In this document: positions 27,692-40,345 of the stretch, in pieces
Layout: each line of letters opens with the position of its first letter
Numbering within the stretch: position 1 is the stretch's first letter
NCBI RefSeq assembly: GCF_001194135.2
Contig: NC_069007.1
Span: 13,775,186-13,839,185 of the forward strand
Length of the DNA stretch: 64,000 nt
Direction: 5' to 3'
Origin: Octopus bimaculoides
Taxonomy: Eukaryota
Notes under the pieces: model-generated
What the model was told of the DNA's origin: nothing
Seen by the model: only the letters and a program-made list of their open reading frames with translations
The model's database searches: none
Program-made: the position numbers and the translations under genes

Positions 27692-29249
27692 CTTAAGACT
27701 TACTGAGCTATAGTCCTGATCAAGAAGAATTAGTACAACAGTTTGAAACTGATCCCTGCCCCCACTTCTTCACAAAAGCAAACCAGGATAGATCACAAAT
27801 ATCCAGTTAATTATGAAGAAATAACTTATTAAAATTTGGCTTACACCGATTGCTATTTAAAGAAAGCCAACTTAATTCTCTCATGAGAAATGCTTTGAAA
27901 AGCTGAAGTGAATCCCAGAGTATGAATCAAAAAGGGAGCCACTATATCGGTTCTCAACTGGGGTCCACAAAATTGTTAAAATCTGCAATAAATTAGTTAT
28001 ATACTTCTACAATACACAAAATATTTTTTTTAATGCAATTCCTAATATTTAATTCTAAAAATACAAGAGGGTTTTTTAAAACCTCGAATGGCTATGAGGG
28101 AGCACCTGGAGCAAAATAGGAATTGAAGGGCTCATAGGTACAATAATGGTCGATAACTACTGATGCAGATGGTCAGTCAGTCTACTAAAATAGCAGCTAA
28201 ATCTCATAACACTTACACCATCAGTAAGCCTGCCCTGCTGGATTAGTGTAAAACAGGGATTGAACAACAACAACTAAAAAGAACTGGGTAATTACCATCC
28301 AAAAAGGCCGACATCCAAATCCCAAGAAAAGACACGATGTAAAAATCTCAGAACACCACCTTTTTATGAACGCCCTCCAGATAAAACATTAAGTCCAAAG
28401 TTGAAGTCAACCCTCAGTATATTTCAGACAGTCCATGGATTAAAACGTTTTTTAAAATTATTTCCTATGTCCCCCCAAATTCCCTCCTCACTAAAGTAGC
28501 TGGTTATGAACTGAGCTAATAATACTCCTTTAGTATTCTACAACAGCAATCAACCACAGAAATAAAGTCATTCCCTCAAGGCTGCACACAACATACCTCT
28601 GTGGTGGCCTCCGAACATTCTTCACATAACAAACATACTTACAAAAAGGTTGGGTCTTGTTTCTCCCAGGTGGGAAATCTAACTTTAAAAAAGCTAACTG
28701 TACAAAGAAGGACATATTCTTCATGCCACCTGCATATTTGAACTGGTATGTTTATTCCACCCACACACTTTAGTTTAAAAATAATAAAAAATAAAAATGT
28801 AAAAACAAAAAGGTGTAAAGATGATAAGATTAGTTTTCTCTTTTGTTTCTTTCCCTCCACCCCCACTTCATTAATAAGCTACAAAAAGAAATTCCTTTAA
28901 TGTAAGAGTTGCAAACCTCTCTCAGATTATGCCCTACAACCAAGATAAACTTAAGCCAAGATGTGATTGAATGATACAGCCATGTGGTTTCATGTTCAAT
29001 TTCATTGCATGGTACCTTGGTCTTCTATAGTTTCCAATTAGCCAGAATCTTGTGAACAAATTTGGTAGACAGAAGTCATGTGTAAACCCCACTGTGTGCA
29101 TACACGCACATGCATGTGTGCATATGTATCAATACAGTTTGAACCCTTTAGCATTTAAACTAGCCAAATCCAGTTTGAACATTCAACACGTTTTACATTC
29201 AAAACAGGCCATATCTACCCTCTCACACTTAGCCTACACTAATAATCAC

Positions 29250-29710
29250 ATTGTAGTCGTAGCTGATGCCAGTGTCACATAATTGGCCCATTAAAACCAC
29301 CTTTCAATCGTTAGGCAATATGCTGTGCTTGTGAAAACCTGTTGAACCAAGTGAAATTGTAGTTGTGGCCAATGTCAGTGCCTTCTGACTGGCACCCATG
29401 CCAGTGGTATGTAAAAAGCACTGTTCGACCATTGGGCCTCGCAGAAGCAGTGATAGGTGACCAAAACCTTTGGCGACATACTGTGCTTGTGTAGACCTGT
29501 GAAGCTAAGTGAGATCGTAGTCGTGGCTGATGCTGGTGGCAGGTCAATGGCATGTAAAAGGCACCCACTACACACTCAGAGTGGCTGGCATTGGGAAGGG
29601 CATCCAGCTGTAGAAACCTTGCCAATTGGCACCTGGTGCAGCTCCCCAGTTTCCAGTCAAATCAGCCAACCCATGCCAGCATGGAAAGTGAGTATTAAAT
29701 GATGATGACA
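29250..29710 (+). mobile_element. Retroposon 3' end with RTE/Expander-like tail; others at ~11010-11170, 19215-19450, 21590-21720, 22250-22390, 46235-46670, 49455-49690, 52180-52373
   Basis: Tail ggaagggcatccagctgtagaaacc..aacccatgccagcatggaaa..ttaaatgatgatga, with internal tandemly repeated blocks. The RTE assignment is from resemblance only. Confidence 0.7.
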
Positions 29711-29932
29711 ACGACATCACTGAAACCTCAAAGCTATAAGAAAAGGTCTCAATTACTTTTACTTGTTTCAGTCATTTGACTGAGGCCATGCTGGAGCACC
29801 ACCTTTAGTCGAGCAAATCGACCCCAGGACTTATTCTTTGGAAGCCTAGTACCTATTCTATTGGTCTCTTTTGCTGAACAGCTAAGTTACAGGGACGTAA
29901 ACACACCACCATTGGTTGCCAAGCGATGTTGG

Positions 29933-29976
<44 letters not shown>

Positions 29977-32777
29977 TGTGTATGTGTTTCTCTTTTGACA
30001 GCATGACAGTCGTAAACAAGCAGTGCCCATTGCTTCCAATCTCCCATGAAGACGGGGGAATATTACCTTGGTTGGAAACCGGTGAGAGTTGGTGACAAGA
30101 AAAGCATCCAACTGCAAGAATGCCTGTCGCAAGCACAAAGCTGCAGGTGTTAAAACATCAGTGATAAAGATTTAACTATTATGAGGGAGGTCAAAGTGAC
30201 CGACAGAACTTTTGACTGCAGTGCTCCTGCACAGCTGCAGTCCAATGTCTGGATTCATTAAAAATATACATTTGTGATAGTTTCTATTGACGTAGATTAA
30301 CAAAGGATGTAAATAAAAGAAACACTGAAAGAACCGTGCGTCTGCACAAAAACATGGAATAGATTCAGCATAAGCTGTAACTGATCACTTCTCAACGCTT
30401 TGCAAGGAGAGGTGCAGCAGACCATGACCAAGTGATCTGGCCATTTGAAAGTTATAAACAACAACAATCATTTAAAAATGCATGTTATATGACGTCAGAA
30501 ATACATGATTAATAGATCATGCATGTGACTGAACAAGACTGGCAACATTAGAGCCTATATGTGGTTGCTTAATATGCTAGAAATAACAGCCCAACAGCCT
30601 TGATATCTACAACCTACTATCTTAACCCTTTAGCATTTAAACCAGCCATATCCGGCCTAAATATGCTAACCAGTAAGATCCAGCCTATCACACCAACCCA
30701 TCAATGCCATTTAAAATATTCTAAATTCTCTCCAAAACTACTTTCAGCAATAGTTCAAGATTAGTCTTGCTTTGCCAGTAGCTACGAGAAAAATTATGGA
30801 AACCCATGAGAATCATACTTGTAACTTGAGGATCTGGTTTACCAACAGCATCACAATGACAATTCTACAAATAGTAGAATCAACAGTTCTATGAATAGTT
30901 GACAATTCTATGAATAGTTAAAAATGCAGTGGAATATTCAGCCACTTCACCCAATGTCAAATGTTGTTGAAACCAAAAGGAAATTAATATTTGATTGCAT
31001 GGGTCCAACCAATGTTTCCTCCTCAACAGAAGAGCTCTAAAAGCCAACTCACACAAGTGTCAGACACTACAACACTAGAAAATTGCATTTTGGGAAGAGC
31101 AAATGTTAAGAAAGAAAGAAAGAAAATATTTCAAGTGAGAAAACTACAAACTGAGTCTGGGATGATTTGAGAGTTATACAAACTGTTGCTCCTCCATCAT
31201 TCAGTGAGATGCAACTGTTTCAGGATAGAATTTAAATGACGTGTTAGCAGCAAGTAAGCTTTTACAAAGGAGGCACTTCAGGTTGCAAATGGTGCCCCAT
31301 TTCCACAAACCTTGAACCAATAAGACCAAAAAAAGTTACCAAAATTCAAAAGGAAACAAAATCCATAAGTAATGGAGTCCATCTGTTCGACTAAAACCCT
31401 TCAAAGTATTATCATGCTCCAGCAACCCCAAGAGTGGCACAATCCAATGCTAAACAAGTAAAAGAAGGGACCAAGACTAAGAAAAGCTGGCTGCTATTTC
31501 TAGCAGATCAAGCGACTGTAAAGTCACACCCTACTGTAAAAAGAAGTCAAAACTGTAGATATGTTGTCTAAAATAGTATAAAAATATACTGGATGGTCAC
31601 AGGTGGAAAGACAGATTATCTGTCAGATCAAAACTGACCCAAGGCTAAACAATTTAATGACCATTTCCCATGGAAGAGGGACAAAACTGATCCTCAAAAC
31701 ATGGAAGGGGAAATTTTAATTGGAAAACCAGATACTAAAAAACAATGTAGTAAATATATTAGACATTTGTCCAGTTTAATTACAATCCATTTCACTAATT
31801 AAAAAAAAAAAGTAAATCAAACATTTTTACACAATGCCAATTATAACCGCAGATCTGTTCGTCTGTCCCTTTACTTGAGTATCGGATTTCATTTCACCCC
31901 ACCCCCAAAGAACTACACATTACTAAGTATCAATATCACTGCCTTCATCTAAGTTACAGGGTCACCTTCATTTAAGTTGTATTGCTACAAAAGTTAATTA
32001 AAGCAAAAAAAATCAACCAATGATTAAGGAATTAGTCGGTCGTAAGAATTGGTCAGAACATAAGAATAGGAAATAAAGATCAAAAAGCTGTCTTATCTCA
32101 GCAAATTGTTGACCCTGCGTCGAGATTTAGTTAGCTTCTCCAGTTACGAATGACCAGGTCACACATTTAGCATCCTTCAATTAGTCATTAAAGCAAGATT
32201 TTATCTCAGTTACACAATATCTATTACAGGATGGCCGCTATTTCACAACCTGAATGTTGTCAATGAAAAAAATCTAAATCAGAGTTGAACAAGGACAAGA
32301 GAGAAAATAACTAAATATTGCCGGGTTATACATTTTGACAGGATGACCATGGTTTGTATCTCTGATCCGGCATATGACCAATAAATTAGAGCAGAGCCTG
32401 AATGTCCTTGGTCAAAGATCTAAACCAGAGCTGAACAAGGAAACCACCACCATGTGTGGTCTGATTACACCATATTACAGTTTGATTGATCAAATCTACT
32501 CTATCGGGTCTAACCAGGAACAGCCACAGAAAGGCAGATTAAACAGCGTCAGTTGAAAGTTATGGGGACCACATTAAGAGGGGTTAAAATAGCAAAAGGG
32601 TTTCAGAGGTAGTATATAACAAAAACCAACTTTAGAGAGATTTTTCTCTTTTTACTGTATCTAGTCCTAAGACCCTTGAGGTTGGTTACTTGGTTTCCAT
32701 GGTGCCGACATGACCAAGATGGCATTTCCCCTGGATGGGATGCCAGTCTGAGTAGACTGGAACAGTGTTTTACTTAA

Positions 32778-32992
32778 CTCTTTAGCATTTAAACCGGCCA
32801 TATCTGGCCCAGATATGCCTCGTTTTAAGTTCAAACTAACCAGATCCAACCTCTCACACACATCCTACAATGTCATCCTAAAAATAGACAATAACATCAA
32901 AATCTCAAAGATATGAGATAATATATGATTAATTCAAAGTCATATGAATGAATAAGCTCTACATTTGGCAGAGTAATTTAAACCCTAAAGGG
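32778..32992 (+). mobile_element. piggyBac-type MITE family-1 copy
   Basis: TTAA|CTCTTTAGCATT ... CTAAAGGG|TTAA. Confidence 0.8.
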
Positions 32993-34179
32993 TTAAGAAC
33001 AAAGCACATCACCTGGTTCAGACTTGAAACCACAATCTTGCAATCACGAGTGTAACACCCTAACCACTAGGCTATGCATCTTTACAATAACTTTACAGGA
33101 CCACGTATTGAATAGAAACCAGACTTTCCCCAGGGACTGAGCATTTGGTACTTGGGTGCTTTACCTGTTTCTTTTTTCTTTTTTTTTAATCACCCTTGAC
33201 ATGAACCATGAAAACAAGTCGAGCAAGGTTAGAAATAAAAAAAAAGAAAAAGCTTCATAAAACCATATTTAAGCTAAAAACTTCTCACTGGGAAGTAAAA
33301 TACCAACTCAACGAAAAGAAATAAAACTTATAACTATGATATACATAGAAGTGAATTATTCATTAAAAAAAAATTTAGGTCGTGGCTAATAGTGTTTCAC
33401 CATTAGAAAAATATAAAAGAATGTGTGACTGGTTTAACAAGTTTTATCTCATCAACACAAAACACAAAAATGCCAGGCTAAATAACTACACACACACACA
33501 CACACACAGACAGACGCCCACACTGTAACAAATGACAATGCATACTCGAGTGGAAAGAGTGATTTTTGTACTGGATTCTCTCTCTCTCTCCTCACTAACC
33601 CCCCCCCCTCCTCTGAATCAGAATGCTTAAAAAGAAAAGAAAAAACTTATCAAAGTCAGAAAATGAACTTTTAAGTCTATCAAAATTAAAAAGAACTGAT
33701 TAGAAGTCTTCAGAGAAGAGAGAGAGAAATGGACTTTTACCGAACTGTGCTGATTATTGAGGGCTTGGTGTTAAATGTTAGATTAAAAACCACAAATTTA
33801 GCATGTCAAAAGAACGTGTGTGTTACACCACAAACACCAGTAGTAGTAGTAGTAGTAGTAGTAGCAGCAGCATTGGTAGGTTAATGAATATCGCCCTCAC
33901 CTTTAAGAACACCCACTTCTATGTCCCAGTGGACCTAGTTTACAGTAAATTATTACTGACGAGGAGGGAAGGGCAGTGGATAGCTCACATAACTGACACA
34001 TTGATAATTGACAAGGGTTTCATTGGGGGTGGGGTTAGGCAATGGTGGACTGGCCAGAGTTCAACTTTTGTTAACATATAGGTGGGTGGGTTGTCTTGAT
34101 AAGGTTCAACCAAGTTTAACATATTCAAATTTAGTTTCACTCAATACATGGCGTGCGTGTGTTGTATTCAAGGGATAAG

Positions 34180-34726
34180 TACAGCATGGCTATGTGATCA
34201 AGAAGCCTGCTTTGCAATCATGTGGTTTTGGGTTCAGTCCCATAAGGTACCATCTTCAGCAAGCAGCTTCTACTATAGCCGTGGGCTGTCCAAAGCCATT
34301 GAGTGAATTCAGTAGATGGAAACTGTGTGGAAGCCCATTGTGTGTATGTGTAAGTTTGTCCCCCACCTTCACCATTTGACAACCAGTGTTTTGCTTACAT
34401 TCCCATTATTTAACAGTTCAGCCAAAGATACTGACAGAATAAGTACGAGACTTAAGAAATAAGGCCTGGGGTTAACTTGTTTAGGTATATACCCTTTAAG
34501 GTGGTGCCCCAGCATGGCCACATTCCAATGACAAACCAGTAAAAAGGTAAAAGAAATGTTTGCCCTAAAGTTTATTTTCAAGGCATGGCTGTGTGTTAAG
34601 AAGCTTGCTTCCAAAACACATGGTTCTGGGTTCAGTCCCACTGCATGGCACCTTGGGCTGGTGTCTTCTACTATGGCCTTGGGCTGACCAAAACCTTGAG
34701 TGGATTTGGTAGATGGAAACTGAAAG

Positions 34727-34757
<31 letters not shown>

Positions 34758-34960
34758 TCATGTTTGTCCCCCACCACCACTTGACAACCAGTGTTGGTGT
34801 GTTTGCATTCCTGTAACTTAGCGGTTCGGCAAAAAGAGACCAATAGAAAATGTACCAGGCTTAAAAGTAATGGGCTTGATTCGTTCAATTAAAAATTCTT
34901 CAAGATGATCCTGCAGCATGACCACAGTCTAACGCCTGAAACAAGTAAACAATAAAAGCT
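34180..34960 (+). mobile_element. Two tandem SINE family A copies (~34180-34560, ~34583-34960)
   Basis: Two complete head-core-tail units. Confidence 0.85.
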
Positions 34961-35255
34961 TAACACACGAGTTACTCAGTAGAAGTTGTTTTATATGTAA
35001 CTTCCAATAAAGAAAATCAGATGCTTGACTAATAGACAAACCTAAGAAATCTTGTATTATAGAAGTTTTGTACGCAAGTAAATATAACACACACCATTGC
35101 CATAGTCTAATCACCTCGCAACCTCTTGTACTTTCAAAACGGATGACTGGTCAGACGACCTGACAAGTTGTATGCTAACTATATAGTTGGTAGAATGTGA
35201 ATCAATTATGAAACATCAAAAGCAACTCAGCAGTTAAGTGTAACTATCCTCTTAA

Positions 35256-35480
35256 CCTTTTAGCATTCAAACCAGCCACACCCAGCCAAAATATCCTACT
35301 TGTTTTATGTTCAAACCAATCAAGATCTGGCCTCTCTCATTTACCCTACAATGTCATTTATTATTAAAAAAACAAAATCATATCAAAATCTCAAGCTATA
35401 AGATGATGCTCATAGCTTTGATTCAAAACAATGTGAATAAATAAGGATTACATTTGATAGAATCTGAATGCTCTAAAGTA
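35256..35480 (+). mobile_element. piggyBac-type MITE family-1 copy, degenerate right end
   Basis: TTAA|CCTTTTAGCATT and family internal sequence. Confidence 0.7.
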
Positions 35481-38400
35481 TTAAACAAGACCCTCACAGC
35501 ACCAAATCCCCCATGTGGGACTCATAGCTACACTTACAATTCAATGTTAAAAATTATCTGATCACTTCAAATTCACAAGACCACTACCCCTGAGAACATC
35601 CTTCCATTACCCTCAGTAATGCAACCCAGAGCTAAGCCCTCTTTACAGAGATAGATCCCAATTTTGAGGATTACAGTAGTGTATCCCATTCCTTGCTTTT
35701 GTCCCTGCCAATTAATCTCTTATACTCACTTCCAACAGATAAAAAGTTAACCATCAAAAACCTTATTCACTTTGAAACTCCTTCCTTCTGACCACAAAAA
35801 AAACTTCCAGGAGACCAGATCTATTAGGGCCCCACTTTCCTCTGTAACCAGGGTGCCCTTGCCCCCCAGAAATTTAAAATAGTGTTTTTGGTTTCACTTT
35901 CAATGTTTTCTTCTTTTCAACAAGGTCTGGTAAACAAAGCTGTCCACACATATACTCCATTTGTCCCTCAGGTTTTGGCTGGACAGACTGACCACAGTAA
36001 TGCAACCAGTGCTGATGGAACTGACACTCCATTCTGATTTGGCCTTGGGTTCAAGTTTTGTCCAATAATACCCCTCCTTCATTCAAGTATCTCCTACATG
36101 CAACAGGCATGCCAAATTGTCACTGACCACATGAATACATACTGCCCCAGGCCAGAAACATCCTCCAGTGTGTCATAGTGATGCCATCTCCTACAAATGG
36201 CAATGATTACTGCACCATATCACAAAAATATTGCACCTTGCCCTTCCTTTAAATCCAAAGCACACACCAAGAACCCACACAGCTGGTCCAAATGCTAAAT
36301 CTCACTAACTATCACTGAAGAATTCATATCCTAAACGCAGTAAAGACTCCATCTCAAAGACCAGCCTTCAAGTCCAGAAAACACTTCCTTTGTAACAGGT
36401 ACATATCACAAGATCTTGTCGCAATGTGATGGCTCAAGTGCTTCACCTCCAAGATTCAAACACATCTGCTGTAAACCATATAGCTGTTCTCTTTGTGTGT
36501 GTGTGTGCGTGTGTGTAGAACAAGATAGCTTTCAGTAGTACCCCTACAACCTGATGGTACTACCTGTACCATCAGGTTATAAGTGTACTAAATTCAAGTG
36601 TTAAAAATAAGTGATCAGAGAAAAAAAAAAGGGAGGGACAGGTAAAGGACAATACCATGTACTCGAATTAAGTATTCAAGAACATTCCTTTACAACAGAA
36701 TNNNNNNNNNNCTGTAAACCATATAGCTGTTCTCTTTGTGTGTGTGTGTGCGTGTGTGTAGAACAAGATAGCTTTCAGTAGTACCCCTACAACCTGATGG
36801 TACTACCTGTACCATCAGGTTATAAGTGTACTAAATTCAAGTGTTAAAAATAAGTGATCAGAGAAAAAAAAAAGGGAGGGACAGGTAAAGGACAATACCA
36901 TGTACTCGAATTAAGTATTCAAGAACATTCCTTTACAACAGAATGGTAAGCCGAACAAGAAATTAATGCAGCTGCCCATACCTGCTTTGGCAGGTAAATA
37001 CACCATTTCTAACAAAATAAGTGTTCTCGTTAACAATTGGGTGAAGTAAGAACAAGATGGAAACCTGGAAAAGGAGGGGGGGAGATTCTCTCAGAAATGA
37101 AAACATCTGCAATAAATTTAAACTAGGTTCAACAACTGGTGGAGGCCCACTTCAGCCCACTCACCAGTAGTTAGATAAATCACTGAATCATTGCAATTAA
37201 TTTCAAAGAGTTAATTAGAACTTGCAGTGGAAATTATTAAAAGTAGATTACTTGAGGACAAAGAAATATACAAGTGTGTATAGCGTGAGTGATTGTATAC
37301 AGTGTGCATGTAATGTGTGTGTGTATGAGTGTTTATATGTATGTGTGTGTCTTATGTACATGGAGGACTACTTGAGAAGTAGATGACAGTTTTTATTAAG
37401 GTTTCTGAGAACACTTCACAGAGCAANNNNNNNNNNNNNNNNNNNNNNNNNNNNNNNNNNNNNNNNNNNNNNNNNNNNNNNNNNNNNNNNNNNNNNNNNN
37501 NNNNNNNNNNNNNNNNNNNNNNNNNNNNNNNNNNNNNNNNNNNNNNNNNNNNNNNNNNNNNNNNNNNNNNNNNNNNNNNNNNNNNNNNNNNNNNNNNNNN
37601 NNNNNNNNNNNNNNNNNNNNNNNNNNNNNNNNNNNNNNNNNNNNNNNNNNNNNNNNNNNNNNNNNNNNNNNNNNNNNNNNNNNNNNNNNNNNNNNNNNNN
37701 NNNNNNNNNNNNNNNNNNNNNNNNNNNNNNNNNNNNNNNNNNNNNNNNNNNNNNNNNNNNNNCCCTAGTACCCTGTTGTATAGGCCCCCTCCTGCCAGTG
37801 AGATTTGAACCTAGCACAAAAGAACCAGTACAAAATACTATGAAACATTTTACCCAACGCTCTACCATTTGTTACTCCGCCACACCTCTGTAGAGATTAA
37901 CAACAGAGAAAGAGGATTCAATAACTTCAAATTTTAGAACAACAATTTTAAGGGAGATGGTTGGTGGATAACACTGACATGCCCCTCCCTCAGTATTTTA
38001 TCAAACCCAAAAGAATAAAAGCAAAGTTGAATTCAGCAGAATTTGAACTCAGGTGGGGAAAAATTCCACTGCATTTTGTCCAACGTCAAACAATTCTGCC
38101 AGTTATCAGTTAGTCACCTTTCTTAATAAAAGAAAATGGTCTTTGTTAGTTAGTCATAGAGTTATTTATGGACAAAGGAAGATCGTTGTATTCTTCAAAG
38201 AATTGGTCTCAATTTGGAAAGTGGAAAATATTGCTATAAGACTAAGCATGTCAGCATGCTGTCAAAGCTATTTCAACTACTGCTGCTTTACAAAAATAAA
38301 AGATGAAAGAATACTGGTCATAAAAATAAGAGAAACAACAAAAAATAAAACAGCAACTTAAAAACCATAAACTGAAGCAAACAAACTTAAAACAGATTTG

Positions 38401-39567
38401 CCAGTAAAACAATGGTAAAACAAAAAAATAACCGTTACTAGAAAATCAGGGTAAAACAGAGGCCAGTGAATAAATGTTATAGAATTTGACAATCCAAAGA
38501 TGGAGGTAGGAGTATCCAAAAAAAAAAAAAAATCTGTAGAAAATATCAAAAAAAAATAAACGAAACGGACGAACAGAATGTAGAAATAATTGTGAGACAT
38601 AATCAAACAGAAATGATTCTATATTTATAAAAGTATGTTTAAAGATAGCTTCACTAAATAATTTCAAGGTTGTAAACCTATAATTGATGGCGATGGTGGT
38701 AGGGAGAGGAGTGCATGTTGACAAACCGAAAAATAACGATCTCAGAGATGGATTTCTTCTGCTCGCACAATTGGGACAATGCAATTCTTGCAAATATAGA
38801 CAAGTCATAGAGGACACCTAAACATTTTTAAAAATCTGATTAACATGACTTCAAGCCCGACTTCAGAGGCTTTCTAATTGGAGTCGTACGCTACAGCGCC
38901 ACCTTCATAATTGTGTCATCCCTCATGGTGACCCCTTTAACTGCATCGCCCCGGTTGTTGACTCCCTGAGATTCTCTACCCAGGTTTCTTTTCTCGAGAG
39001 AAACTCAAGTCTCACCAGCTTCTGTGAGAAGAAGGAACAGCCCTTTCCTTTCAAATACAACCAGATTCAATGATGCAAGCATCAGGTCGCCGACACCGCA
39101 ATCATCTGTCACTCCTGACACCACACACTTCTCTCCACCTGTCATCAACTTATTAAACTTTAAACCAGCCACAGGCAAACTGCGGTCAGTTAGACTTTCT
39201 GAATGGCACACCGAGCGAAAAATAACCATCTTTTTTCTTGTTTTATAAATGGATTTTTTTTAAAGTAGTGCGGTCCGCCTATGGTGATGAGAAATGTCTC
39301 ATGTCCGAGTCACGTAAAAGCTTGCCCATGCCTGTTTTAAACAAACTTCAGCCGCAAGACTAAAAACGTTTAGAATTTAATAATCATACTTTTATATAGA
39401 AAAAAATATATATATATAGTGATATAAATATACTTTTATATATATAGAAAACACGAGGAGGAAAAATACAGAACGAAAAAATAAAACACTGACATGAACA
39501 AACAACTAAAAATGGTGAAGATGTGAATGAATGGAAGAAAACCTAGCAGAGGATAAAAGTTACTCAC

Positions 39568-39588
39568 CTCCCCATGCCGGAATCGGAA
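39568..39588 (-). other. Candidate 21-nt phase 0-0 microexon (FRFRHGE), or the 3' end of an alternative first exon
   Basis: Minus strand: ..ctttcccccgttaaaaattgccaatttttctctcag|TTCCGATTCCGGCATGGGGAG|GTGAGTAAC. About 79 nt AG-free upstream, pyrimidine tracts, TGC motif, consensus donor. Confidence 0.5.
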
Positions 39589-40206
39589 CTGAGAGAAAAA
39601 TTGGCAATTTTTAACGGGGGAAAGAGAAAAAAAGACAGTGAAGACATTGGAACAGTTCATAAAAAAAAACTGACCCCTTAAAAATAGGAACGGTTAAAAC
39701 TTGGCGGAAAATTGACTTTTCTAATAAAATTTTATTCCTTAAAGAGTAAAGAAAGATAAAATGAATGATTGAATGAATGATGTTTGAAGAGAGACGAAGA
39801 AAAATAAACAGCTGAGGTCAGAAAATGGAAAACGAAATAAAACCATCTGTTTTTACACACTGCTGCGATAAAAAAGTTCAAGCATTGATTTAAAAAATAA
39901 AAGAAGCATATTTCTATTTACATATAAATATATAATTTATTTAACAAAATGATACTTTTTTTCTTTTTTTTGCTTTACTAGTTCTATATATATGTGTGTG
40001 TGTGTGTAATGTTAAAAAGTAGAAATATAAAAAATAACGAAAAGAAAAATAGACAAAAATTGAAATGAAAGCCTAAATACCACAAATCCGGTTCTGGCTT
40101 TCAGAATAAAACAATGTATGATTCATACAGTGAAGTTTTACGTTAATAAAATATTTCTGCTCAGTAACTCGAGAGACAGAAAACACTTTATTTATATAAA
40201 TATATA

Positions 40207-40233
<27 letters not shown>

Positions 40234-40239
<6 letters not shown>

Positions 40240-40345
40240 ATATCTATATATCCATATCTATATATTATATATCCATATCTATATATTATATATCCATATC
40301 TATATATTATATATCCATATCTATATATTATATATCCATATCTAT
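40234..40345 (+). repeat. 21-bp tandem repeat (atatccatatctatatattat), ~5 copies
   Basis: Direct reading. Confidence 0.85.

Noticed and set aside
35480-36460. Possible ancient LINE-like remnants (also ~7030-7260 and 7740-8260)
   Set aside because: The composition is suggestive, but I could not recover diagnostic RT or endonuclease motifs by manual translation.
36469-36944. Exact 233-bp direct duplication (36469-36701 and 36712-36944)
   Set aside because: The two identical copies flank a 10-N gap; this is the typical signature of unmerged overlapping contig ends, i.e. an assembly artefact.
38446-38817. 123-codon minus-strand ORF starting right after a possible acceptor
   Set aside because: Low-complexity F/Y-rich translation running through poly-T, no recognisable homology and no convincing donor.
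39005-39248. Overlapping 74-aa ORFs on both strands
   Set aside because: No recognisable domain. The minus ORF meets the donor in phase 1, incompatible with the phase-0 ERM intron.
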